Positions 30,561 to 41,139 of a stretch of 64,000 nt of DNA are shown in pieces; position 1 is the stretch's first letter, and each line of letters starts with the position of its first letter. The notes below the pieces were generated by a model. The model was not told the origin of the DNA. It did no database searches and saw nothing but the letters and a program-made list of their open reading frames with translations. The position numbers and the translations under genes were made by a program. The DNA is from an uncultured Gemmatimonadales bacterium (GTDB taxonomy: Bacteria; Gemmatimonadota; Gemmatimonadetes; Longimicrobiales; RSA9). Location of the stretch: positions 256,001 to 320,000 of the forward strand of contig CAWCUS010000004.1 in NCBI GenBank assembly GCA_963798845.1, written 5' to 3'.

Positions 30561-31022
30561 ATGGTCCACACGTTCCGCACGCGCATCCGCCGCGGTTCGA
30601 CGAAGAACACCACCGGCATCGTCATCCCGCCCGAGGTCATCGAGGCAATGGGACACGGCAGGTGTCCACCGGTGACCGTCACCCTGAACGGCTACACCTA
30701 CCGCTCCACCGTCGCGTCGATGGGCGGCCTCCTCATGGTCGGGCTGAGCGCCGAGCACCGCGAGGCGGCGGGGCTGACGGGGGACGAGGAGCTGGACGTG
30801 ACCGTGGCGTACGACGGGAGCCCCCGCGTCGTCGTCCTCCCGCCGGACCTCAGGGCGGCGCTGGAGGAGCACGGCGTCCTGGACGCCTTCGAGGCGACGG
30901 CGCGCTGGCGCAGGGAGGAGCTAGTCCGGCAGGTGGAGAGCGCGAAGAAGCCGGAGACGCGCGCGCGCCGCATCGCGAAGATCGCGGATTCCCTCTCCGG
31001 CGCTTCGTCAGGGCGGCCATGA
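30561..31022 (+). CDS. DUF1905 + YdeI/OmdA-family protein
   Basis: VTLNGYTYRSTV..MGG; AKKPETRARRI; GGAGGA RBS. Confidence 0.88.
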   Translation: MVHTFRTRIRRGSTKNTTGIVIPPEVIEAMGHGRCPPVTVTLNGYTYRSTVASMGGLLMVGLSAEHREAAGLTGDEELDVTVAYDGSPRVVVLPPDLRAALEEHGVLDAFEATARWRREELVRQVESAKKPETRARRIAKIADSLSGASSGRP

Positions 31023-31070
31023 CCGGCCCGACGGACGCCAGGTGACGCCGCGACAGGCCCAGGGGTAGAC

Positions 31071-31200
31071 ATGCCTGACGTCGAGATCCGCGAACGGGAA
31101 GCGCGCGTGAACGGCATCCGCTGCCACTGGACCGAGGCCGGCGAGGGCGCCGCGGTGATCGGCCACGACTGGGGCGCGAACCTCGCCTGGGCGATGGCGT
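31071..31200 (+). pseudogene. Internally deleted alpha/beta hydrolase (epoxide hydrolase-like) remnant
   Basis: VNGIRCHWTEAGEG joined directly to AAVIGHDWGA; rest of the fold absent. Confidence 0.7.
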
Positions 31201-31238
31201 CGTCGGCAGTGGATTCCGCCCCCCCGCTCCCACGGCCC

Positions 31239-31718
31239 TCAACCCCTCCGCGCCGCCTCGATCGTGGCGATGTCGATCTTCCTCATCGGCATCATGGCCT
31301 CGAACGCGCGCTTCGCCGCTGCCCTGTCGGAGTCCGCCAGCGCTTCGGTCAAGGCCCGCGGGGTGATCTGCCAGGAGAACCCCCACCGGTCCTTGCACCA
31401 GCCGCATGCGCTCTCGCTGCCGCCGTTCTCGACAATCGCGTTCCACAGGCGGTCGGTCTCGGCCTGGTCCTTCGTGTGGACCTGGAATGAGACGCTCTCG
31501 TTCGGCGTGAACTCGGGCCCGCCGTTGAGGCCGAAGCAGGGGACGCCGCATACCGTGAACTCGACCGTCAGCACGTCGCCTTCCACGCCCGAGGGATAGT
31601 CCCCCGGCGCGCGTGCAATCCTGCCCACCGAGCTGTTCGGGAACGTCTCGGCGTAGAACCGCGCCGCTTCCTCCGCGTCGCGGTCGAACCAGAGGCAAAG
31701 CGTCATCCTGTTCGTCAT
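31239..31718 (-). CDS. VOC/PhnB-like (3-demethylubiquinone-9 3-methyltransferase family) protein
   Basis: CLWFD..AEEAARFY, LNGGP, CGWCKDRWGFSWQI. Confidence 0.93.
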   Translation of the reverse strand: MTNRMTLCLWFDRDAEEAARFYAETFPNSSVGRIARAPGDYPSGVEGDVLTVEFTVCGVPCFGLNGGPEFTPNESVSFQVHTKDQAETDRLWNAIVENGGSESACGWCKDRWGFSWQITPRALTEALADSDRAAAKRAFEAMMPMRKIDIATIEAARRG

Positions 31719-31794
31719 GGTCGTACTCCTTGGATGGTCGGGGATGGCATTTGCACTGCGAGCAGCGCATTCGCAACTCGCCGCCTCCTCCACG

Positions 31795-32178
31795 TCACGA
31801 GGTCGACAGCACCCATCCGCGCCGGCCACGGACCACCGCCACCAGCAACGCACCCACCACGAACGGCATCGCCGCGGCGCCGACCGAGACGCGCAGGGCG
31901 GAAACGACCACGGCGCCGACCATGATGAGGATCAGGCCCGACGCCGCGATGGGCGTGAGCTCACGGTGGATGCGCACCAGCCCCGGCAGGAGCAGCCCGA
32001 GGCCGCCCGCCACCTCGGCGACGCTGACGAACTGCATGAAGAGCGCCGGAAGCCCGGTCTGTCGCGCGAGCTCATCGGACGGCATGCCCAGTTTGGCCAC
32101 GCCGGCAAACAGGAACAGGCCCGCGAGGGGGACCTGGAGGATCCACAGTACCACGTTGGCAGTCCTGGAGCGCTTCAT
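31795..32178 (-). CDS. DoxX-family membrane protein
   Basis: LWILQ..LA..FLFAG..KL, EVAGGLGLLLP, IMVGA. Confidence 0.9.
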   Translation of the reverse strand: MKRSRTANVVLWILQVPLAGLFLFAGVAKLGMPSDELARQTGLPALFMQFVSVAEVAGGLGLLLPGLVRIHRELTPIAASGLILIMVGAVVVSALRVSVGAAAMPFVVGALLVAVVRGRRGWVLSTS

Positions 32179-32238
32179 CGTTCTCGACCTCCGCATAGGG
32201 TTCTCGAGGCCGGGGCTCCTCCCCGGCTACACCCATGC

Positions 32239-32265
32239 GTCGAACGAGCCGCCAGACAATCGACA
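32239..32265 (-). promoter_or_regulatory. Putative ECF42-type promoter of the doxX-VOC operon
   Basis: Minus strand TGTCGA-N17-CGAC about 60 nt upstream of doxX. Confidence 0.55.
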
Positions 32266-32465
32266 GGGGCGTCGGTCGCTGTGCGAGGCCGGAGGCGGCC
32301 GGGAGGCAGGGGTCAGGGAATCCAAACGCCCCTCCGCTCGCCGCAGGGCCGCCCGTTTCGGAAGCCGCGGCTCGCGGCGCACGTCGTACACCGGCTCTGG
32401 CGGGTGCGGGAAAAGTGGGCGCCGGTCGGGGCGGGCCAGCGGCGCCGCACCGGGGCCTTCCCGCG

Positions 32466-32603
32466 CCTGATGAGCTCCTGGAATCGCGGATCGTCCCACA
32501 GCGGCTGGACGACGGGGTCGATGCCGAAGAAGGGTGCGGAGCTGGAGCCGTAGTCGAGCGCTTCCTGGAAGGCGGCGACAGCGGCGTCCTCGTCGCCGAG
32601 TCC
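32466..32603 (-). pseudogene. C-terminal remnant of a TolB-like/TPR signalling protein
   Basis: Translates GLGDEDAAVAAFQEALDYGSSSAPFFGIDPVVQPLWDDPRFQELIR; no start or upstream domains. Confidence 0.7.
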
Positions 32604-32679
32604 CCCGTGTTCCGGTTCGCGCTCGTCAGGTCGGGAGAGAGCCGGCGCGAGTAGCCGGCGCGGAGGGGCGGCGCTCCGG

Positions 32680-35115
32680 CTACTCGCTCCGTAGCGCGGA
32701 GGCGGGCGGGATCCGGGTCGCCCGCCGCGCCGGGACCAGGCACGCGACCGCGGCCACGCCCAGCGTGAACAGAGCCACGGCGACGAATGTGGCCGGGTCC
32801 GTCGCCCGGGTCTGGAACAGCATGCCGGTCAGGAGCCTGGCCCCGGCGAGCCCCCCGAACAGCCCCAGCGCCACGCCCAGCGCGGCCGGCCGCATTCCCT
32901 GCCGCAGCACGAGCCCGAGCACCGACCGGGCGTCGGCGCCCAGCGCCATGCGCAGGCCGATCTCCCGCGTCCGCCCGGCCACCACGTAGGCGACGACGCC
33001 GTACACCCCCACCGCGGCCAGCACCACCGCGAGCACCGCGAACAGCGCCATCAGCAGGAACAGGAACCGGGGTTGGGCCAGCTGCTCGTCCACCATCGAC
33101 GCCATGCTGGACGGCCGGATCATCGGTACGTCCGCGTCCATGGCCTGGAGCTCGCCGCGCGCCGCGCGGAGCGCTCGCTCCGGCGGGATGCTCGTCCGCA
33201 GGACCACGCTCGCCGACGAGGCGCCCGACTGGGCGTACGGCACCCACAGCTCGGGCGACGGGTCGTTCGCCAGCCGCACCGTCCGCATGTCCGGCACCAC
33301 GCCCACGATCGTCCGCGGCCCTTCCTCCCGGTAGCCCAGCCAGACGCCCACGTTGATCTGCTCGCCGATCGCGTCCCGTCCCCCGAACTGGCGGTCCACC
33401 AGCGCCTGGTTCACCACCACCACGGGCGTGGCGCCGTGACGGTCCGCGGCCTCGAACGTCCGCCCCCGTGAAGCCTCCACTCCCAGCGTCGCGAAGAACC
33501 CGGGGTCCACCGCACGGATCACCGCCACCGGGTCGCGGCCGGACTCCGGCGGCGGCTGGTCGGCGCGCCGGAAGCTCGTGACGTTCTCCGACGGCCCCAG
33601 CGGCAGCCCGGCGGCGACGAGCCCGACGGCATCGATCCCCGGCATGGAGGCCAGACGCTGGCGCAGCTCCTCGAAGAAGCGGACCCGCGCGTCGGGATCC
33701 GGATAGCGCGCCCCCGGCAGCGCGGCCCGGAACTGCGCCACTCCCGACGTGGTGAAGCCCGGCTCCACGCTCTGCAGTCGCGCGAAGCTCCGCAACAGCA
33801 GCCCCGCGCCCAGCAGCAGCGTCAGCGAGAGCGCCACCTCCGCCACCAGCAGCGCGGCCCGGGAACGGCTCCGGTCACCGACCGCGCTCCCGCGCCCGCC
33901 TTCCCGGATGGATGCGGTGACGGGAATCCGGGCCAGGTGCAGCGCCGGCGCGAGCCCGAACAGCAGTGCCGTGAGGAGCGCCATTCCCAGCGCGAACATC
34001 AGCGACACGCCGTCCAGTGACACGTCCCCGAAGCGCGGCAGGCCCTCCGGCGCCAACCCCAGGAGGAGGTCCACCCCTTCCGACGCCAGCAGCACGCCGA
34101 CCCCCGCGCCGATGAGCGACAGGACCAGGCTCTCCGTCAGCACCTGGGCCAGCAGCCGCGCACGGCCGGCCCCCAGCGCCGCCCGCACCGCCACCTCCTC
34201 CGCCCGCGACGCGCCCCGCGCCAGCAGCAGGTTCGCCACGTTCGCGCACGCGATCAGCAGGACCATCCCCACCGCCAGCAGCAGGATCAGGAGCGGCGTC
34301 CGCAGATTCCCGACGATCGCCTCCCGCAGCGTCGACACCTCGGCGGTCATGTCCCGGTTCGCCTCCGGGTACTCCGCCTCCAGCCCCGCCGCGATGGCGT
34401 GCATCTCCTCCCGCGCCTGCCCCACCGTGGCCCCCGGCGCCAGCCGGCCGATCCCGTCCAGGTACACGCAGCCGCGACCGCACGTCTCGTCATCGTTCTG
34501 CACCGGCAGCCACAGCTCGGCGCCCGTCGGCACGTCCAGCCCCTCCGGAGCGACCCCCACGATCTCACGCGGACGACCCGACACCTCCACCGTCCGCCCC
34601 AGCACGTCCGGACTCCCGCCGAACCGCGTCTGCCACATCCCGTACGACACGACCGCCACGTCCGGCCCCCCCGGAAGGTCCTCCTCCTCCGTGAACTCCC
34701 GGCCCAGCGCCAGCGGGCGACCCAGGACCCCGAAGAATCCGGGCGTTACCTTCCCCGCTCGCACCGCCTCCGCTCCGCCCTCCTGGCCCGTGAGCACCGC
34801 GGTCGCGCCGCTGTAGAGCGCCATCGACGGGATGGTCCGGCTCGACCGGCGCCAGTCCAGGAAGTTCAGGTGCGGAACACTCCCCCCCAGCGCCCGCCCC
34901 GCCCCCGGCTCCTTCACGTCGTGCTGCCACAGCGCCACCACGCGGTCCGGGTGCGGGTATGGCAGCGGGCTCAACACCACCGCGTGCACCACGCTGAAGA
35001 TCGCCGTCGTCGCCCCCACGCCCAGCGCCAGTGTGAGAACTGCCACAGCGGTGAACCCTGGCCGCCGTGCCAGCGACCGGAAGGCGAATCGGAGGTCCTG
35101 AATCAGGTTATCCAT
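32680..35115 (-). CDS. ADOP-type duplicated MacB/FtsX ABC permease
   Basis: QDLRFAFRSL..PGF..TLALGVGATTAIFS, LLIACANVANLL, REIGLRMALGA. Confidence 0.95.
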   Translation of the reverse strand: MDNLIQDLRFAFRSLARRPGFTAVAVLTLALGVGATTAIFSVVHAVVLSPLPYPHPDRVVALWQHDVKEPGAGRALGGSVPHLNFLDWRRSSRTIPSMALYSGATAVLTGQEGGAEAVRAGKVTPGFFGVLGRPLALGREFTEEEDLPGGPDVAVVSYGMWQTRFGGSPDVLGRTVEVSGRPREIVGVAPEGLDVPTGAELWLPVQNDDETCGRGCVYLDGIGRLAPGATVGQAREEMHAIAAGLEAEYPEANRDMTAEVSTLREAIVGNLRTPLLILLLAVGMVLLIACANVANLLLARGASRAEEVAVRAALGAGRARLLAQVLTESLVLSLIGAGVGVLLASEGVDLLLGLAPEGLPRFGDVSLDGVSLMFALGMALLTALLFGLAPALHLARIPVTASIREGGRGSAVGDRSRSRAALLVAEVALSLTLLLGAGLLLRSFARLQSVEPGFTTSGVAQFRAALPGARYPDPDARVRFFEELRQRLASMPGIDAVGLVAAGLPLGPSENVTSFRRADQPPPESGRDPVAVIRAVDPGFFATLGVEASRGRTFEAADRHGATPVVVVNQALVDRQFGGRDAIGEQINVGVWLGYREEGPRTIVGVVPDMRTVRLANDPSPELWVPYAQSGASSASVVLRTSIPPERALRAARGELQAMDADVPMIRPSSMASMVDEQLAQPRFLFLLMALFAVLAVVLAAVGVYGVVAYVVAGRTREIGLRMALGADARSVLGLVLRQGMRPAALGVALGLFGGLAGARLLTGMLFQTRATDPATFVAVALFTLGVAAVACLVPARRATRIPPASALRSE

Positions 35116-35870
35116 GGCCGGAACCCGGAGGCAGGGAGTGTTCCGAACCCCGTGGGATTCCACGCATCTCGCGCGTCGCCAACGGGTTCGCCGCCGAGCG
35201 AGGCCGCCCGTTCCGCGCCCCGAGTGTCCGGTTCCGGGAAAATCGGTCCCATTGTGGACGGCCGGCGCCCCCACCGCGCGGCGCGCCCTCGAGCGAGAGG
35301 CCGGGCCATTGACAGCGCCGCCGAGCGTGACAATTTCAGCCGGCGATTCTGGGACATTTTCAACCGCCGCCTACACGCGCCGGCCGTCGGCGGCGGCCCT
35401 GGCGGCCCACACCCAAGCCCACACCCTCCCGTCGGAACTGCCCAGATTCCCTGACACCACGGTACGGCCACCGATTCCGTGTGGCTAAGCCCGGACTGCG
35501 GCGAGCCACGTGAGCGAGTTGAGCGGGCGTGCTCGCTCGGGTACAGGAAGCGGGTAACACCAGAGGTAACAGCGTCGGCGGTATTGTGAGCGTAAGTGGT
35601 TAGGATGAAGGGCGCTGCGGCCTTGACAGGGGCCATGCCGGCCGCGAGCGCGGCGATGATCGAGCATGGAGCGTCCCTCGGGTCCTCCCGGGGTCCGGGT
35701 GCCGTGCCGCTCGACCACCCCGGCCGCGCCGCTGGGTCCCGCCTCCATCCTGCGGGCGCCCGACTATTACGGGCCGATTAAACGCTCTCGGATAACCCCG
35801 CCGCGCGAAGTTCCCCTCACGACGCGGCCGACCGGCCGGGAAGGAGGACGCAGGACGCGGAGGTGGGAGG

Positions 35871-36452
35871 ATGATCGAGGCAGTCGTGCAGACGAATGGC
35901 TCAGAGACGGTCTACCGGCGGGCGGGGAGCGGGCGACCCGTGCTGCTGCTGGTTCGGGACGCGGCCCTCCGGGATCGGCTGCTCTCCGACCTCTCCGGCG
36001 GGTGTCGGGTCGTCGCGCCGGTGATGCCCCCGGAGGTGGCGGATGCCGCGAGCGGGCCGGCGAGGGGCGAGGTCGGCGGTGGGCCCGGCGCGGACGGGGA
36101 CGCGCCGTTTGGCGCGTGGCTGCGGGGCGTCATCGACGGGCTCGGGCTCTCGGCCCCGGCCCTCGTCGCCGGCCCCGAGCTCGCCCCGGCGGTCCTCGCC
36201 TTCGCCGTGGCGGACCCGGACCGGGCGGAGCGTGTCGTGGTTCTGGGCGGTCCGGCAGCCGGGGCCGTTCCGACGAGGCACCCGCTGATCCAGATCGTCG
36301 GCGTGCGCCAGGCCCAGGACGGAGGGGGTGACGGGGTGCGGCCGGCGGCCGAGCCGCGATCAGCCGACGACGACCCGTCGGCGACCCTGGCCGCGCTCCG
36401 GGCGTTTCTCGGCGGACCGAGCGGCTGCGGCGGCGGGCCTACCCGCCCCTGA
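35871..36452 (+). CDS. Degenerate alpha/beta-hydrolase-fold protein lacking the nucleophile motif
   Basis: YRRAGSGRPVLLL, RVVAP, LRGVIDGLGL, FAVADPDR; elbow reads VAGPELA; GGGAGG directly before ATG. Confidence 0.65.
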   Translation: MIEAVVQTNGSETVYRRAGSGRPVLLLVRDAALRDRLLSDLSGGCRVVAPVMPPEVADAASGPARGEVGGGPGADGDAPFGAWLRGVIDGLGLSAPALVAGPELAPAVLAFAVADPDRAERVVVLGGPAAGAVPTRHPLIQIVGVRQAQDGGGDGVRPAAEPRSADDDPSATLAALRAFLGGPSGCGGGPTRP

Positions 36453-39337
36453 TCCGACGGTAGACCTCCTCCGTCTCGGGCTCCGGCGCGGCCTCGAACT
36501 CGTCCCGGAGCAGCGCGGCCAGCCGTTCGTAGTGGCGGATGGCGCGGGCGCGCTCGCCGGAGCGGCTCCACGCCAGCATCAGGCGACGGTGGGCCTGTTC
36601 GTTCAGCTCCTCCCGCACCGTGATGGCGTGCCAGGTCTCCGCGGCCGCGGCGAGCTCGCCGGCCTTCTCGAGGGCGTCGCCGAGGGCGAGGGACAGGTCG
36701 ACGAAGAGGCGGCGCAGCCGGTCGCGCTCGTCCTCGACCCAGCCCCCCGCCACCTCGTCCTGGAGCAGGTCGCCGCGGTAGAGTGCGAGGGCGGCGCGGA
36801 TGTCGGCCGGGGTCGCGTCGTCGACAGAGCGGAGCACGGCGCGGGCGGCACTCTCGAACTCGGCGGCATCGAAGCGGGTGGCGAGGCCGGGGGGCAGGCG
36901 GTAGCGGCCGTGGTCGATGACGACGCTGTCGGCGCCGCCCAGCGCCTTGCGCAGGTGGTGCAGGGTGACGTGGAAGCTGTTCTTCGCCTGGGCCGTGGAC
37001 GACCCGGGCCACATGGCCTGCCCGATCTGCTCCCGCGTCCGGCCGGCCGGGTGGAGGAGCAGGTGGACGAGCAGCTCCTTCGGCTTGGCGTAGGCCCAGG
37101 AGTCCGCAGGGACGGGGGCGCCGTCCAGCTCGACAGTGAACGGTCCGAGAGCCCCGACGTGGAGCCCGGTGGCGATCGCGAACGGGGCGGCCGACCGGGC
37201 CGCGGCCGCCGCGGCGTCCGGCTCCGGCTCCGCCCCGATCGCCTCCCGCACCGCCTCGTCCAGCCTGAGGCCGTGTCCCTCCGCCCACGCGGCCCTGAAC
37301 GCGCCGGCGCCATCGCCGCCCATCTCCCGCGGCGATCAGCGGCTCCATCCGGGCGGCATCGAGGGCGAACGGGCGGGCGCCCACCAGCTCCCGGACGGCC
37401 TCGGCGGCGCCGAACATCCGAGCCGCCTCGGGGACCTGGCCGCGCCGGAGCCGGAGTTCGCCGACGCCGTCCAGGGCGCGGGCGATGAAGACGTAGGACG
37501 GGTCGTCGCGGGAGACCGCGAGCGCCTCCCGCAGGAGGGGCTCGGCGGCGTCCCGCTCGCCGTGCTCGAGGTGGACCGCGGCCAGGTTCTGGAGGGCGAT
37601 GGCGAGCTCGCGGTCGTGGCCGAACCGCCGAGCTATGGCGACGGCCTCCCGGTTCAGCCGGATGGCCGTCTCGCAGTCGCCCACGCGGTGGCTCCCGCCG
37701 GCCTGGAGCATGAGGGAGAGGCGCAGGCCGTAGTCGTCGCCGTGAGCGCGGAACCACGCGCCGGCCCTTTGCGCGGCCTCCCGGCCGTCGGGCCGCCCCT
37801 CCTGTCCCCAGGTCATGGCGACGTAGTTCAGCGCGTAGGCCTCGAGGCGGTCGTGGCCGTGGGCGGCGGCGAGGGCGGCGCTCTCCTGCAGGCGGGGTCG
37901 GGCCGCGGAAGGGCTCGCCTGCAGGGCCAGCAGAGCGCCGGACGCGAACAGGAGCGCCGCCCGGGCGCGGCCGGGCTCCGCGGCCTGCGGGAGCGCCAGC
38001 GCCTCCTCCATCCACCGCCCGCTCTCCGCCCAGTGGCGGGTCGAGTACCAGAACCACCACAGCCGGCCGACCAGGTCGATGTGCCCATGCGGGTCGTGGG
38101 CTCGGCTCCAGGCCAGCGCCTCCCGGATGTTGTCCATCTCCGGGAGCAGCCGCTCGAACGCGGCCCGCCGCCGCGGCGTCGTGAACTCCGGCTCCGCCGC
38201 CTCGACCGCGGCCGCCACCCACGCGAAATGCAGGCGACGAACTGCGTGCTCCTCCCCGGATTCCCGCAGCCGCTCCAGCCCGTACTGCCGGACCGTCTCC
38301 AGGGGCGCGTACCGGGCGGCGCCACCGTGCTCCCGCACCACCACCAGCGAGCGGTCCGCGAGGCCGGCGACCAGGTCCAGCACGTCTGCCGGTTGCAGCG
38401 GGTCCCCGGCGCAGACCGCCTCCGCGGCATCCAGCGTGAGCCCGCCCCGGAACACGGACTGCCGGCGGAACAGCGCCCGATGCGCCTCATCCAGCAGGTC
38501 GTGGCTCCAGTCGATGGCGGCCCGGAGGGTCCGGTGTCGGGGGATGGCGGTGCGCCCACCCGCGGCGAGCAGACGGAAGGCGTCGTCGAGGCGGGCGCGG
38601 ATCTGCTCGGGGGGGAGCACCCGGACCCGGGCGGCGGCGAGCTCGATCGCCAGCGGGATCCCGTCCAGGCGCCGGCACACCTCCACGACCGCGGAGGCGT
38701 TGGTCGCCGTGAGCGCGAAGTCGGGCGCCGTGTCCCGGGCCCGGTCGACGAACAGCCGGACGGCCTCGGCCTCTCCCATCACCGCCACGGGGGCATCGAG
38801 GTCCGCCGGCAGCCCGAGGGGCGGGACGAGCCACGCCCGCTCGCCGCGGACGCCCAGCGCCTCGCGGCTCGTCGCGAGGATGCGGAGTCCGGGGCAGCCG
38901 CGGAGCAGCGCATGGGCCAGGGCGGCGCAGTCGTCGACCAGGTGCTCGCAGTTGTCCAGCACGAGCACGGCGTCGCGGCCGCGGAGCAGCGCCACAAGGG
39001 CGTCCACGTCCCGGACCTCCTCCGCCAGCCCGAACGCGGCAGCGATCCGGCGGGGGACCAGCGAGCCGGAATCCAGCGACGCCAACTCCGCCCAGGCGAC
39101 CGCCTTGCCCGCGCCGCCCCGGGCCACCAGCTCCGCGGCCAGCCGCGTCTTCCCGCTTCCGCCCGCGCCCGTCAGCGTGAGCAGGCGGGACTCGGCCAGC
39201 AGCCGCTCCAGGTCGGCGAGCTCCGTCGCCCGGCCGACGAACGTGGTCAGCTCGAGGACGTCCTCGGGGAGCGTGGACGCAGAGCCGGCCACGGCTGGAT
39301 CGGCGGCGTCCGGAGGCGGCAGCTGCATGGTGGCCAT
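36439..39337 (-). pseudogene. STAND-type ATPase + TPR + C-terminal winged-helix/BTAD (SARP-like) regulator, with one frameshift near 37325
   Basis: FVGR, GAGGSGKTRLA, LVLDNCEHL, LDGIPLAIELAAAR; second frame KPKELL..SFHVTLHHLRKALG, ALYRGDLL, E.AHRRLM. Confidence 0.85.
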
Positions 39338-39438
39338 CGGCCGCGGGGCAGGAGGACGGGCCCTCCGGACGCCGGTCGGGGTCCGGAGGGCGATCCTTGA
39401 AGTTCTGATCGCACCCTTCCGGTGTCAATCACATCGGC

Positions 39439-41139
39439 TCACGGCCGCGGCTGCCACGCCGGGTGCTCCTTGTGCTGCCAGTCGGTCGGGTACGCGTCCG
39501 TGTTCCACGTCCGCTGCGCGACCCCGGTGCCATCCGCGCGGGCGGTGAAGATCTGGTATGTCGACGCGGCGTCCTTCGACGAGAAGGCGACGAGCTGCCC
39601 GTCGGGCGACCACGCGGGCGCGAACTGTCCGAAGGGCAGCGACGCGATCAGCCGCAGCGCCCCGCTCGCCGGGTTCACCGCCCAGATGTCGCCCAGCCGC
39701 TCGAAGGCGATGGCTGCCCCGTCCGGCGACCACGAAGGCGCCTGGTCGTACTGCGCGCCCGTCGTCACCTGCACCCGGTCCGTGCCATCCTGCGCCATGG
39801 TCCAGATGTGGGCCTCGGCGCCCATGGCGTAGGCGTAGGCGATCCGCCCGGTGGCCGACCAGGACGGGTAGCTCTGATTGCCGCCCAGATCGGGCGTGAG
39901 GTTCGTCGTCTGGAGGTCCGAGCGGCGGACCGTCCAGATCTCCGTGCCCTCGCCCGCCGGACGATGGCGGAATGCGATCCGCTCGCCGTCCGGCGACCAC
40001 GTCGGCTGGTCGTCGTCGCCCGTGGTCAGCTCGACGATCTGGGTGGCGTCCCGGTTCACGATCCAGATCCCGCGCGATCCCGTGGAGTCGTTCCGGACTA
40101 CCGCGATCCACTCGCCATCCGGCGAGACGGCCGGGTCGCTGGCCCAGCGGGCGTTGCCGAAGATGCGCTGGAACGCCGAGCTGGGCGCGGCGATGTCCGT
40201 GCGGAACACCTGTGTCATCGTGCCCGTGAACATCTGGAAGACCAGATCGTAGTCCACCGTCAGTCGAACGCGGACCTGCGCGGACGCGGTCTTGCCGTCG
40301 ACCCTCGCCGTGATGGTGGCGAGCCCCGTCCGGACGGCCCGCACGACGCCGCCGGCGGACACGTAGGCGACGGTCTCATCACTCGTCGTCCACAGCACCG
40401 GCTTGTCCGGCACCGGCTGCCCCTGCGCGTCCAGCGGCGTGGCCGTCAGCTGTCGGAGCACGCCCTCGTCCAGCACCAGCGAGTCCGCGTCCAGCTCCAC
40501 GCTGGCCACGGGACCGGTCGAGGTGACCCGCTCGATGGTGAACGACAGCGCCGTCGACGCGCCGCCGCCCGGCGCCGAGGTCACCACCGTCACGTCCGCC
40601 GCCCCCTCCGCCGCCACGTCCTCCGCCCCGATCTGCGCCGCCAGCTCCGTCGCGCTCACCAGCGTGCTCGGCCGCTCCGCGCCGTTCCACCGCACCCGCG
40701 AGTCGTGCGTGAACCCCGTCCCCATTACCGTCAGCGTGAACGCCGAGGTGCCTTCCGGCGTCGACGCGGGCTGCAGCGCCGACAGCGTCGGCGCCGGATT
40801 CCATACCGCCAGCACCGCCTCGCCCGACTTCCCGCCTGCCGTGGCCGTCACCTGCACCGCGCCCGCCCGCACCGCCGTGATTCGCGCCTGACGCCCCCGC
40901 GCCAGGATCGTCACGCGCGCCGCTTCCGACGCCGCCCAGGTCACGGGCACGTCCACCAGGTCCCCGGCCGCCGTCCGCGGCTCCGCCGTCAGCCGGAGCG
41001 TGTCCCCCACCAGCAGCGTCGCCGTGGCCGGCCCCACCTGCACCACGTCCACCCGCGGGTCCAGACCGCCCACGGGATCCAGTCCGTCGTCACAGGCGCC
41101 GACCAGCAGCGCCAGGAACAGCAGTGCCATCCGCCTCAT
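39439..41139 (-). CDS. Lipoprotein with Big_2/IPT Ig-like domains and a TolB-like PD40 propeller
   Basis: LVGAC lipobox; WTTSDETVAYVSAGG; repeated P.WSPDG. Confidence 0.88.
   Translation of the reverse strand: MRRMALLFLALLVGACDDGLDPVGGLDPRVDVVQVGPATATLLVGDTLRLTAEPRTAAGDLVDVPVTWAASEAARVTILARGRQARITAVRAGAVQVTATAGGKSGEAVLAVWNPAPTLSALQPASTPEGTSAFTLTVMGTGFTHDSRVRWNGAERPSTLVSATELAAQIGAEDVAAEGAADVTVVTSAPGGGASTALSFTIERVTSTGPVASVELDADSLVLDEGVLRQLTATPLDAQGQPVPDKPVLWTTSDETVAYVSAGGVVRAVRTGLATITARVDGKTASAQVRVRLTVDYDLVFQMFTGTMTQVFRTDIAAPSSAFQRIFGNARWASDPAVSPDGEWIAVVRNDSTGSRGIWIVNRDATQIVELTTGDDDQPTWSPDGERIAFRHRPAGEGTEIWTVRRSDLQTTNLTPDLGGNQSYPSWSATGRIAYAYAMGAEAHIWTMAQDGTDRVQVTTGAQYDQAPSWSPDGAAIAFERLGDIWAVNPASGALRLIASLPFGQFAPAWSPDGQLVAFSSKDAASTYQIFTARADGTGVAQRTWNTDAYPTDWQHKEHPAWQPRP

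Noticed and set aside
35103..35636. 177-aa minus-strand ORF in the long intergenic region
   Set aside because: No recognisable domain, atypical composition and no clear RBS
39360..39391. 11-bp hairpin upstream of the BTAD regulator as an intrinsic terminator
   Set aside because: No U-tract on either strand; function cannot be supported
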